64,000 nt of DNA from Pseudomonadota bacterium (GTDB taxonomy: Bacteria; Desulfobacterota; Desulfobulbia; Desulfobulbales; JAHJIY01). Of this stretch, positions 41,793-52,100 are shown one piece after another. The stretch is taken from assembly GCA_018823175.1 (NCBI GenBank), contig JAHJIY010000040.1, positions 16,888-80,887 of the forward strand, read 5' to 3'. The translations under genes were made by a program, and so were the position numbers. Position 1 is the stretch's first letter. Each line of letters opens with the position of its first letter. The notes below the pieces were generated by a model. The model was not told where the DNA came from and made no database searches. It worked only from the letters and a program-made list of their open reading frames with translations.

Positions 41793-43055
41793 TTAATTCG
41801 GTAAGCCATTATTCATCTCCTGCCAGTTCGCACAATCATCGGTACTGACAAACACCCCCGCCTCGGTCCCGGCGTAGAGCTTACCGGTGGCATCAATGGC
41901 CAGGGAAACGACGTTCAGGTTGGTCAGATTGGTGTTGGCGCAGGCATCCCAGGTATCGCCGGAATCGCTGCTGGTGAAGATCCCGCTGCCGTAAGTCGCG
42001 GCATAGAGCTTCGTCGAATCGCCCGGCAGTATGACCAGCTCCTTGACCCGCAAGTTGGTCGGTTGGGTCGAGGCCCCGGTCCAGTTGGCGCCGGAGTCGG
42101 TGCTCTTGTAGATGCCGGCGCTGTCCAGCCCGCTATAGATGGTCGTGGGCGTGGCCGGGTCGATGACGATGCTGCCGGCGCTGATCGCCAGGGTGGCGAA
42201 TGACACCGGACCGACCAGTTGCGAGGCGTACCCGGTGGTGGTTTCCGTGGCGACCAGATAAAGGTCGTAACCGGTGCCGACGGCGAGGCCGGTCACCGCA
42301 AAGGTTTTCAGGGTCTTGCCGGTCATGGCGCCGGTGCCCGCCGCCGCTACCGTCACGCTACCGTAGGAGACGCCGGCAATCACCTGCGCGGGGGTAGGCG
42401 GCGTCGCGCCATAGGGGACGACCAGCCAATAGCCGCTACCATTCACCGGGCTGGTGGCGCTCAGGGTGGTGGTTGTGGTGGTGGTGCCGGCAACACCGCC
42501 GGGCAAAAGCGCAAAAGAACCAAAATACTGTCCGCCGCGAACCAACCGCACGTAGTAGTTGAACGTCTTATTGCCGGCGTTGGTGAAGCCGTAAGCAAAA
42601 CCGACGGCCCACGCAGCGGCTGGACTCGGAACATACGACGAACCGGACCAGAAGCCCGACGCAACTGTGTTAGGGAAAGCCGTCGTGTCGATGGTCGGGG
42701 AGCTACCCGTCTTGACCAGGGTCCGGAGTTCCACAAAGCTCGGCAACCGCCAGTCGGAGTAACCCTTGTAGTTGGCGGTGCTTCGGGTTGCGGCTAAATC
42801 CATGGCGCCCGCCCAGCTGTAGGACACGGACACACCGGTGGCACACCCAGCCCCGCTCAATCCGGCGGTGCACTGGTCCCACATCAAGCCGGTGGAGGTA
42901 TCGGTCACCGTGCCGTCGCCGTTATCGACAAAAGGCGGGTCGGCATGGGCGACGCCCACCCCGAGGGTGACAAGGGCAGCCAGCGTGACCAGGGCAAGCC
43001 CCAGAACGGGGTGGATTTTTATCGTGGTGGTGAGTCGATTTGGCAACGCTTTCAT
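41793..43055 (-). CDS. Secreted protein: DUF1566 (Lcl C-terminal/C-type-lectin-like) domain + Ig-like region + BNR/Asp-box repeats
   Basis: 420 aa; GAAGGAG RBS; signal peptide ...LVTLGVGVAHA. DNGDGTVTDTSTGLMWDQ and YSDWRLPSFVELRTL are DUF1566 hallmarks. Asp-boxes STDSGANW, SSDSGDTW, STDDCANW. The last ~130 aa are paralogous to the C-terminus of the 1866-aa protein. Confidence 0.85.
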   Translation of the reverse strand: MKALPNRLTTTIKIHPVLGLALVTLAALVTLGVGVAHADPPFVDNGDGTVTDTSTGLMWDQCTAGLSGAGCATGVSVSYSWAGAMDLAATRSTANYKGYSDWRLPSFVELRTLVKTGSSPTIDTTAFPNTVASGFWSGSSYVPSPAAAWAVGFAYGFTNAGNKTFNYYVRLVRGGQYFGSFALLPGGVAGTTTTTTTLSATSPVNGSGYWLVVPYGATPPTPAQVIAGVSYGSVTVAAAGTGAMTGKTLKTFAVTGLAVGTGYDLYLVATETTTGYASQLVGPVSFATLAISAGSIVIDPATPTTIYSGLDSAGIYKSTDSGANWTGASTQPTNLRVKELVILPGDSTKLYAATYGSGIFTSSDSGDTWDACANTNLTNLNVVSLAIDATGKLYAGTEAGVFVSTDDCANWQEMNNGLPN

Positions 43056-43169
43056 GTTGGCGCTCCTTCAAGGTAAAATTCGGTAATACAATGGTATGAC
43101 CAGGGGCAACTGCACCTGCCCAGCCCGGATATCTGTTTGATACTCCACCGGTTCATCCGGCGCACTCCT

Positions 43170-46100
43170 TTAATTCGGTAAGCCATTGTTCATCTCCATC
43201 CAGGTTGCGCAATTATCGGTACTGACAAACACCCCCGCCTCGGAGCCGGCGTAGAGCTTGCCGTTTCCATCGATGGTCAGGGAAACCAGGTTCAAGTTGG
43301 TCAGATCGGTATTTGCACACACCGTCCAATCCACCCCGCTGTTGACGCTGGTAAACAGCCCGTTACCGTAAGTGGCGGCAAAAAGGGTCGTACTGTCCTT
43401 TCGTACCAGGGCCCTGACCCGGTTGTTGGTCGGCTGGATTGTTGCCGGAATCCAGGTTGCCCCGCTGTTCTCACTTTTAAAAACCCCTGCCCCGTCGAGT
43501 CCGGCATAGAGGGTTGTTATTGTTAGCGGATCGACAACTATCGTAACCGGCGGCGTGGCGACCGAAACCGTGAGTCCGGTATTTACGGCGCTCCAGGCGG
43601 CGCAATCCGGGCTGGTGAAAATGCCGGCCTCGGTGCCGGTATAAAGCGTGCCGACCGGATCGATGGTCAGGGCCAGGACTTTCAGACTGCCAAGACCGGT
43701 GTTGGCGCAACCACTCCAGTTATCGCCGCCATCGGTGCTGGTGAAGATCCCAGCGCCGTAGCTCGCGGCAAAAAGGGTCCCGGCGGTGACCGGATGCTGG
43801 ACCAACTGCTTGATGCGCAAACTGGCCGGTTGCCCGGCAACCCCGGCCCAGGTAAGACCGTTGTCGGCACTTTTGTAGATCCCCCGACCGTCGACCGCGG
43901 TCACCAGGTTATCGGGCGAAAGAGGATCAACGACAATGGCGGTAACCATGGGGCTCAACAGGCCCAGCGAAGCGGCTGGGGCGTTGGCCCAGGTGGAATG
44001 GGTACAATCATAGCCGGTGGTCGTGGGGTCAGAATCCACCGCGTCACCGGCCATACCGCACCCCCAGATGGCGCGGGCATTGTTGTAACGAAGGGCCGAG
44101 GTGCAATCCGGCGCCGCATCGACGCTAAATTGACCGGTAAGCGTATAAGTCAGGCTGCCGCCCCCGGCGGCCAGGTTGCTCCCTTCCCAGCCATAATCCT
44201 GAAGTCCACCCAGGTTAGTGGCCCCAGGCGTGGAGCCGACGTAGCCGAACAAAGGATCCAGGGTGTCTTCGATCCGAACGACCTGGGCATTGCCGGTACC
44301 GTTGTTGGTCACGATGATGGTCCAGGTCTGATCAGCCCCGCATTCCACCTCGGCCTCAGCCGGGGTGATAGCCACCGCCAAATCGGGGTTCAAGGCGGTC
44401 AGGGTCTGGCTGGCGGTGGTATTATACTGGATGTCATCGCAACAGTCATAGTAGCGCAGGGCAAAATTCAGGTTGCCGGTTAAATAACAGGCGGACTGGA
44501 CGGAAAAGCGCAAGACCAGGGTATCAGTCCCGCCGTCGGCCTGGAGCAAGGGGACGAGATTGGACCCCTTGTCATTAAAATCATAAAAAGTAATGGTGGA
44601 ACCGGTAATCGCCGGGTCAGCGATCACCCCCAAGCCTGCAGTGGCGGAGGGTTGATCGGTTCCCAGGCCGGACTGGGCGGTCCCGGTATTATAGGTCAGC
44701 CCGGCGGGCAGGCTAATGGCCAGATCCAGAGTGGAGGCATCGGTGGGCCCGGAATTTTGAATAACCACCGTTAACTGGGTGGAGTCATTGCAGGCGTCGA
44801 TCGAACCGGGACTCAGGCCGATGGAGAAAAAGCCGAGTTGGGGCTGCCGGGTGGAGGTTTCGTTATCCTGACTGCCGGTATCACTCAAGCAGACCAGATT
44901 GTCCGGCGGATCGATCCCCGGTTTGGTGGCGGAACTGCCGTCCACCCCACCGCAGCCGGCAAAGACCTCCACCAGGTTATCGATATTTTTGCAACTCGGA
45001 GAAAGGGCGGTGAGTGAATCGGCGGTCAGGGTCAAGGTGGTTGCTTGCCCGACGTTGAGATTGGTGATCTCCCAGGTGGTAACCAGGGGGTTGCCGCCGT
45101 ATCCGTTGAAGCCGTTATCGCTGCCGCCGGTTGAGGAGACAAAGGAGAAGCCGGGATCCAGGGTGTCCTTGACCCAGACCGAGGGGGCGTCGGTGGCGCC
45201 GGTATTTTCCAGCACGATCTCCCAGACCACCTGTTGCCCGCAGGCGATGGGGGCGCCGGGCGGCGGACTGACCCGGGTCTGGCTGACCGAGACCTCGGCA
45301 TAGTTGGGATTGACCGCAACGGTGCTGTCGGCGGTCGCAAACACCTGACCGCATGGATTTTGATACTGACCGGCAAGGATTATATCGCCAGCCGCTGAGG
45401 AACAATTCCCTCTAAGCTCAAACTCGATCTCGATGGTGTCGCCGGGACTTAACGAGGCCAGGCCAGATATCTCGGTGCTGGTCCAGGTGAACGTAGACCC
45501 CAGCAAATTGGGGTTATAGGCCACATTTGGCCCGTTCCAGCCGCCGCCGTTCAACCGCCACCGGGTCGAACCGCTGACATGGGCATAGCCGGCCGGGATA
45601 GTTACCGTGGCCTGCTGGTTATAACTTGCCACCTGTCCCGCATTGCGGATGGTGACGGCCCCGGCCAGGTTATCACAGGCCTCGGTGGAATTGAGGATGA
45701 TCAGGTTATTAATAACGTTAGGAGCGGCAACCACAACCAGTGAACTGTCGGTGACCTGGGTCTGGCAATCAACGCCGATACAACCCCAGGAGGCAGTGAC
45801 GGTATTGGTGAGATTGCTACAGCTCATCTGACTGGCGATCATGGTTATCTGGCGCCGCTCACCTGCGGCCATGGCGGCAATCTCTACTGATACCCCATTG
45901 ATCGCCCCACCCGAATGGTCCAGGGAATCGTTGACCGTCACCCCGGCCATATTATCCACCACCACCGGATTGACCCCATGCTGATAGGCCAGGCCGCTGC
46001 CCAGAACATCATCCACCCAGACACTATAGGCGGTACCGGTACCGCGGTTGGTGACGAAAATCTCCCATTGCGCGATGTTGTTATCCGCGTAGTAAACCGC

Positions 46101-48770
46101 CGGCGTTTTTTCGATGACGATATCGCCGGCCAGCAGTAATGCCGGCGCCCCGGAAGCACTGATGGAACAGGTATCATCAGAGATAGCGTCATCGTTGCAA
46201 TTATCATCAAAATAGGCGGTGGCCGTAAGATCGCCGTTGCCGGAACAGCGCTTCTGGACCGCCAGTTGAATGGTGGCATTCTGCCCGGCCCCGGTGAAGC
46301 CATCACCAAAGGTCCAGACATAATCGTCACCCACAATGGTCGGCGTACAGGAAGTCGGCGCCACCGCGCCCCCGCAGACGGCGGCGGCAGGATTCACCAG
46401 ATAATAGTTAAGACCGGAGAGCACCAGCTGTACATCCTTGGGATCGGCGGTCGCCGAGCTCTGGGCCAGGGTCAGGGTGACGGTTTTGATTTCACCTTTA
46501 TGGATGATTTGGCCAAGACCGCTGACCGCGAGGGAGAGGGCCGGCGGCGTCATGACCATCCTGGTGGTTTCATGAATTGTCCCGTCCGCCAGACATTGGC
46601 TACCGGTGATCAACCCCAGGTCCAGAGACGACCAGGAGTCAAAGGCAGCGCCGCTGCAGGCCCCGGCCGTGGCCTCGGTGAGGGTCAGATCATAGGTGAT
46701 GATCAAGGTCTTGTTGCGGACCGAGCCAAGGGCGGCACAATTACTAAAATTGATGTTCAGATCCCCCCCGGCGCCGGGGGTGGTATCGCTTATCCCTACC
46801 TGAGCACAGGCGGAAATATCGCCGGTCCCGCTCAGGGTAACGGCCAAAGATACGGGAACATATTCCTGCTCGCTGTCACTATTTTCCGTAAAGATCAGTT
46901 GGGAGAGATCGACGCCGTCAAGGGCCGGGTCATCGGCAAAGGTATAGGTATTGGTATACTGGATGGTGTCACAGCGAAGGCCGGTGACCGGCAGCGCAGT
47001 TTTTTCCGAATCCACCAACTCCTCACACTCAATGACGGTGGTCACCGCATCCGACCCATTGACGCCACAGCCACAGCAGTCGGTGGCGGAGGCGCTAAGG
47101 GTATTGATGAAAGCGGTGTTGCAGTACACTTCACACTCGCTCGCCGCCGGCGCCTGCATGGTCACCGTGGTGGAAAGCGACGCCGGTGGGGTGTAGGTCC
47201 AGGTAATGGTGCCGCCGGTGCCGCCCCCGCCCGGCGTCCAGATGCCGCCGCCGGCATCGGTGACGGTGAAGCCGGCCGGCACCGTATCAACCACGGTGAC
47301 CGCTCCGGTTGAACCGCTGCCGCAATTGAGGGCGCCGCCATAGGCCGAGGTCACCGTGTAGGTAATCTGACCGCCGATATGGATAGCTGCCGGCGCGCCG
47401 CTTAAGGTGGCCGCCAGGCTGGTGGCATTGACCGGTACATTGATAGTGCTCAGTTCAACCGGCGGATAAAAATCTATGCCGGCTTCATCTTGATATAAAG
47501 GTTGCCAGAGCAAGTCGCCAGAGGGGAAAGCGCCACACCAGGCCGAATGGTTCAGATCAAAACTAAGAGAATAGTTAGCACCGGCGGCCAGAGGCGCGGC
47601 CAGTTCAAAACGGTTCTGGGCCGCATTGTAGATGGCGCCCGCCGAGACGTTGGCAACGGTCAGCCCGCTAAAATCGGCAACGAGCATGATGCCGGAGGCT
47701 ATGCCATCACCAATGTTTTCGATCACAAAGGACAGGTTCTCAGTATCGCTGCAATAATCAAAGGTGATATCCGGCGGGATAAAGGCGAGGAGCGGCGTCT
47801 TGACCAGCCGCTGGCCGGAAGAACGAGCAGTGCCGCCGTCCACCGAGCTGTCGAAACAGGTAGCGGCCGGACCGGGGTTACAGCCGAAACGCACATCCGC
47901 CACATTCTCCAGATTATCGGCGGCGATCACCGTAGCGGTAAGATCGATGGTCAAGACATCGCCGGGATTCATGGCGGCCAGCGCGGCAATCTCCGCACTG
48001 GACCAGGTCGTGATCTGGCCGCTGTTAATGCCGGCCGGCGCAGATGAGACATAGGCCAGCCCGGCTCCCAGCTGATCGGTGACTTCCACATTTTTTACGA
48101 TCCCGACCCCGGTGTTCTCGACGGCAAGGGTCCAGGTGATGTCCTGACCGATCCCCTGGGGGATCAGATTGGGAGTCTTCCTGATCGCAATCGCCCCGGG
48201 TTTCACCTCGATATTGAGCGCCCCGCTACCGTCACAGATGGGGGTCGGCCCGGGAAGATTGTAATCGACATAGGTGTTCAGGGATCCGGAGATGGCGGTG
48301 CAGTCGGTCTGCAAGCTGAAAGTGATGTTCAAGATCTCGCCGTTGGCGATGGTCTGTGGACCGCAGAGAGAGTCAATATCCCACACCAGATACGGGGCGC
48401 TCGGGGCCGGGGCACAGGTTCCGGCATATCCGACGGAGATGACCGGATCGCTGGCACAGAAGGCGCCGCCATTGAGATCGATCGTGGTGCTGCCGGGAAC
48501 GTACGAGAAGCCGGTCAGATTTTCAAGCTTGGCGGTAACCGCCAGGTTGGTAAGGTCGTTCCCGGAATCATTGGGAATACTTATGGTATAAACGTTGGTT
48601 TCACACTGATTGCCGGCCGAACCGCCAACAATTACCACGGGTAGCGCGCCGGCAATCCCAGCAAATCCAAAGATGAAGAACGCCATTATTAACGATATAC
48701 TTGTTTTCACGAGATCCACCATCTCCTGTCCGATTTGCTTAAATGGGGTTGCTGATGCAGAGAGGGCCAA
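43170..48770 (-). CDS. Giant surface protein (1866 aa): multiple DUF11-type repeat domains + C-terminal BNR/Asp-box beta-propeller-like module
   Basis: The maximal ORF starts at TTG 48770; the alternative ATG 48722 gives MVDLVKTSISLIMAFFIFGFAGIAGA. DUF11-like blocks (ITWTLAVENTGVGIVKNVEVTDQLGAGLAYVSS, WEIFVTNRGTGTAYSVWVDDVLGSGLAY, WEIVLENTGATDAPSVWVKDTLDPGFSF, WTIIVTNNGTGNAQVVRIEDTLDP). Asp-boxes SADNGLTW, STDGGDNW, SENSGATW, SVNSGVDW, STDNCATW. Confidence 0.88.
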   Translation of the reverse strand: MALSASATPFKQIGQEMVDLVKTSISLIMAFFIFGFAGIAGALPVVIVGGSAGNQCETNVYTISIPNDSGNDLTNLAVTAKLENLTGFSYVPGSTTIDLNGGAFCASDPVISVGYAGTCAPAPSAPYLVWDIDSLCGPQTIANGEILNITFSLQTDCTAISGSLNTYVDYNLPGPTPICDGSGALNIEVKPGAIAIRKTPNLIPQGIGQDITWTLAVENTGVGIVKNVEVTDQLGAGLAYVSSAPAGINSGQITTWSSAEIAALAAMNPGDVLTIDLTATVIAADNLENVADVRFGCNPGPAATCFDSSVDGGTARSSGQRLVKTPLLAFIPPDITFDYCSDTENLSFVIENIGDGIASGIMLVADFSGLTVANVSAGAIYNAAQNRFELAAPLAAGANYSLSFDLNHSAWCGAFPSGDLLWQPLYQDEAGIDFYPPVELSTINVPVNATSLAATLSGAPAAIHIGGQITYTVTSAYGGALNCGSGSTGAVTVVDTVPAGFTVTDAGGGIWTPGGGGTGGTITWTYTPPASLSTTVTMQAPAASECEVYCNTAFINTLSASATDCCGCGVNGSDAVTTVIECEELVDSEKTALPVTGLRCDTIQYTNTYTFADDPALDGVDLSQLIFTENSDSEQEYVPVSLAVTLSGTGDISACAQVGISDTTPGAGGDLNINFSNCAALGSVRNKTLIITYDLTLTEATAGACSGAAFDSWSSLDLGLITGSQCLADGTIHETTRMVMTPPALSLAVSGLGQIIHKGEIKTVTLTLAQSSATADPKDVQLVLSGLNYYLVNPAAAVCGGAVAPTSCTPTIVGDDYVWTFGDGFTGAGQNATIQLAVQKRCSGNGDLTATAYFDDNCNDDAISDDTCSISASGAPALLLAGDIVIEKTPAVYYADNNIAQWEIFVTNRGTGTAYSVWVDDVLGSGLAYQHGVNPVVVDNMAGVTVNDSLDHSGGAINGVSVEIAAMAAGERRQITMIASQMSCSNLTNTVTASWGCIGVDCQTQVTDSSLVVVAAPNVINNLIILNSTEACDNLAGAVTIRNAGQVASYNQQATVTIPAGYAHVSGSTRWRLNGGGWNGPNVAYNPNLLGSTFTWTSTEISGLASLSPGDTIEIEFELRGNCSSAAGDIILAGQYQNPCGQVFATADSTVAVNPNYAEVSVSQTRVSPPPGAPIACGQQVVWEIVLENTGATDAPSVWVKDTLDPGFSFVSSTGGSDNGFNGYGGNPLVTTWEITNLNVGQATTLTLTADSLTALSPSCKNIDNLVEVFAGCGGVDGSSATKPGIDPPDNLVCLSDTGSQDNETSTRQPQLGFFSIGLSPGSIDACNDSTQLTVVIQNSGPTDASTLDLAISLPAGLTYNTGTAQSGLGTDQPSATAGLGVIADPAITGSTITFYDFNDKGSNLVPLLQADGGTDTLVLRFSVQSACYLTGNLNFALRYYDCCDDIQYNTTASQTLTALNPDLAVAITPAEAEVECGADQTWTIIVTNNGTGNAQVVRIEDTLDPLFGYVGSTPGATNLGGLQDYGWEGSNLAAGGGSLTYTLTGQFSVDAAPDCTSALRYNNARAIWGCGMAGDAVDSDPTTTGYDCTHSTWANAPAASLGLLSPMVTAIVVDPLSPDNLVTAVDGRGIYKSADNGLTWAGVAGQPASLRIKQLVQHPVTAGTLFAASYGAGIFTSTDGGDNWSGCANTGLGSLKVLALTIDPVGTLYTGTEAGIFTSPDCAAWSAVNTGLTVSVATPPVTIVVDPLTITTLYAGLDGAGVFKSENSGATWIPATIQPTNNRVRALVRKDSTTLFAATYGNGLFTSVNSGVDWTVCANTDLTNLNLVSLTIDGNGKLYAGSEAGVFVSTDNCATWMEMNNGLPN

Positions 48771-49052
48771 GGAATCTGGCTCAATATTTTGCCTACAATA
48801 TTACCGGGAATTTATATTTTTAAAATGATTATAAATTGCAATCATCAAGAACTAACGTTACCAAATACCAATCCATCATCATTTTTTCCTCGCCTCTCTA
48901 CCAGCTAATAAAGTGACCCTTTCGCCATGAATCGATGATCTCGCGAAGCATTGAAATGATCAAACAGCGCAACATGATTTTTCTATAGTAATTTTCACTT
49001 TTCGGACCAGATTTTCAACTCCCCACCGAACAGGTCAGCATCACCCAGACAG

Positions 49053-49087
49053 AAAGAGCCGGGCAACATCAAGTAGCCCGGCTCTTT
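49053..49087 (-). terminator. Rho-independent terminator-like hairpin downstream of giant gene 4
   Basis: AAAGAGCCGGGC (49053-49064) pairs with GCCCGGCTCTTT (49076-49087) around an 11-nt loop. On the minus strand the stem is followed by CTGTCT.. (moderately U-rich). It lies ~100 nt after the stop at 49184. Confidence 0.55.
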
Positions 49088-49183
49088 ATATTTACTGCTG
49101 TGCAATAATCGAACAACCGCCCGCCACGATTGTCCAACCGTAAAGATTGGCAACGCAAGACAAAGAAGAAACTTTTACAATTT

Positions 49184-52100
49184 TCATTCTCCCCGTGGAT
49201 TTGGAATAATCAGTTTGTAATCCGCGTCATTCCGGACCACATAGACCCAGTAACCCAGCCAGGGGACAAGCCTGGCCTCCGGGTCGCCGCCGGCGCTGGC
49301 AAAACCGTAAACCGAGCCCCAGTCTTCGCCCTGGTATGAATAGATGGCGTTGACCAGAAGGTTGGCGCCGCAGGCGTCAGTCCAGGGCAGCGAATCTTCA
49401 TCATTACGCTGGAGCTTCACATCAGCCAATAAGACCTGTCCGCCATAAGGGTTGGTGATCATGTTCCAGCCCGGGGCCAGGGGCACGATGAATTGGGCAT
49501 CGGTATAATCCGGATATGCGCTCAGATCAGGTAGAGATGCCAGATTCTGCCGCTCGATAATATAACCCTGACCGGGAACATTAAACCGGTTGTTATCGTA
49601 ATATTCAAATGACCCGTTATTCCCGTCGCTGGAAAGACCGGAAGAGACCCAACGATAAATGATACTGCTGCCCAGCAGCTCTTCCAGGTCGATGCCGGCA
49701 AGCTCTTTGGCCAGCCCCACCATATTGGCGCCATTGAGAAGTTCGATTGTCGGACCAGGCTGCTCAAAGCTTTGGGCCAGCGGCGAAACTGATGGATCAT
49801 AATCAGATACCTGACGGACCTCGACATGATAGCCGTGGAATCCGGCCGGACCAAGATTGGTCTCAAAGCTACACTCCACCGGTATGCTGAAGTCCACCGG
49901 CTCTGTTCCACAATCCATTTGTTGCGGATAACCGTTGATCACCAGCCAGACACTGTCGGCACTAGCGGAATCAACCAGGGCTGAAAATCGGAAAATCACA
50001 TTCTGACTGGGGAGTAAACCGATACGATTATTCCAGGGATCTTCACCATCAGTCCGGACAAAACCGACCCGGTCGATGCCCGGTTCGAACAAGGCCGGAT
50101 CATTGGGAAAGCTGTCTGCGCCATCACAGACCCCGTCACCATCCGTATCGTTATTCGGATCATCGGGGCAACTATCATCCGAATCAGCAATACCATCGTT
50201 ATCCCGGTCTAAGACAGAGACGATGAACGATGCTTCAACCGTGCAGTCAATGATCACCGGTGCCGTAGTAAAAATGTTATTGATTAATACCCCGCCGCAG
50301 GTGCCACCCACGCTTCCGATTTTATAACCGGATTCCGGGGTCAAGGTAAACGAAATGACAGATCCGGCGTTAGTTATCAAATTAAAAGACGGACTGATCG
50401 TTCCGTGTTCGCCCATCGAGGGACTAACCGTATAGGTCACCGGTGGCGGCACATCATCATTGGATATCAACAATTGGGCGTTTGCTTGCGCACCTTGGGC
50501 AACACCGGAGTAATTACTCAAACTCAGATTAACCGTCTCAGCCGGCTCTACCGTTGAATCATCGATTATTGAAACCGAAAATGTTTTGGCAGCGCCATCA
50601 CCAAAGGCCCAATTCAAGATCCCGGCACTGGCGGTGTAATCGCTACCCGCGATTGCGGTACCGTTGGTTGTGGCATAATTAACCGAAACCGCGCCATCGG
50701 TGCTGCCGGTCCGGGTGGCGGTGATGGTGGCGGTGCCACCGTTTTCGGCAACGGAATAGGTGGCGCTGCTGAACTGGACCGAGCCAGGGGTATATTCAAA
50801 GGCCCCGATATCACAGGTAGCGGTGGTATCGAAATTACCGTCCGCCGGGCGGGCCATATCCCGCTGATCGGTTGGTTCGCAGGTGGCATTGTCACCGGCA
50901 TCAATGGCCGGACTGGTATACAGTAGACCAAGGGTCCGGGTCGGGCCGCCATGATCCAGTAAGGTGCCCAGGACCGGGTCACCGGAAAGGGCCGGTGAAC
51001 AGGTGTTGTCTTCGATCAGATTGTTGGTGTTGGTCGCGATGGTCCCGGTATTGAAGCAATCAGAGCCAAAACTGTTGGCGATGATCGTATTGAGAAAGTG
51101 AAGAGTCCCAACATTATAGATTCCACCACCATTGCCCGAGAAGGCCCAGTTCCCACTTATGGTATTATTTGCCAGGGTAAGAGTCCCGGTCGAATAAATG
51201 CCACCACCGTCGACATTGACACTGTCTTCCCAGAAGGTGCTGTTGGTGACGGTCGCCGTTCCGGTTGAGTAGATCCCACCACCGTTTCCAGCAGAGGTAT
51301 CATTTTCGAGGGTACAGCTAGTCACGGTCAAGGTGCCGCCGACATTGGCAATCCCGCCGCCATTGCCAGCCGTGAATCCGTGGTTTTCTCTGATGGTCGA
51401 ATGATCGATGGAGAGGATTCCGGCGTTTAAAATGCCGGCACCGTCAGCTGAGTCGACATAGCCATCTTGAACCGTTACATAGGAAAGATATACCACGGTC
51501 CCCCCGGAAATATTCAAAACCCGGGAGGCAGTGTTGCCGCTGATTACCAGGCTGGTGGCCGTGGGACCGGTAAAGGTCAGATTCTTGTTGATGGCCAACT
51601 CGCCGCTGGTCAGGGTGATGGTGCCGGAGATACCGGTCAGGTCAATGATATCACCGCTCGCCGCATCGGCAATGGCCTGCCGCAGGGAACCGGCCCCACT
51701 ATCGTTGGTATTGGTCACGATAATCGTCGCCGGAACATTACTCGCCGTGATGGTGTTGCCGGTGAGGTCGGAGGAATCGCCGGCGATGACGGCGGTATTC
51801 CAGTCATCAGCGGCCGCCAGATTATATGCAGTTGCATCAACGGAGGAGAGCCCTGACTTATTCAAAAGGAGATCAACCGCCGCTTTGTCCGTCGCACTGA
51901 GGATCAGGGTGAACTGGCTCGCGGAATCACGGTTGACGTCGGTCGTGTCGGTCAGGGTATAGGTGCCCCCGCCTTGCCCGGTGAAGGTGAGCCTTGAGGC
52001 GTCGAGATCACTGCCCCCACCATTGGCCTGAATATCGGTGCCGGTGACCACCAGGGTGCCGGTTGCAAAATCATAGGTCGCCGAGGTGATTTTGGGGTTG

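Noticed and set aside
43105-43122. Sigma-54-like sequences upstream of other island genes: minus-strand TGGGCAGGTGCAGTTGCC (43105-43122), plus-strand TGGCTCAATATTTTGCC (48777-48793), minus-strand TGGAACATCTGGTGCG in the cassette-2 intergenic gap (about 30245-30260), and TGGCACGTGCCTGTTT near 58725-58740.
   Set aside because: The first two have GG-to-GC spacing of 13 instead of 12, and the second faces away from any gene. The third has correct spacing but a weak -12, and its GG is lost (TTGAAC) in the homologous cassette-3 spacer. The fourth lacks the -12 GC. None is good enough to call.
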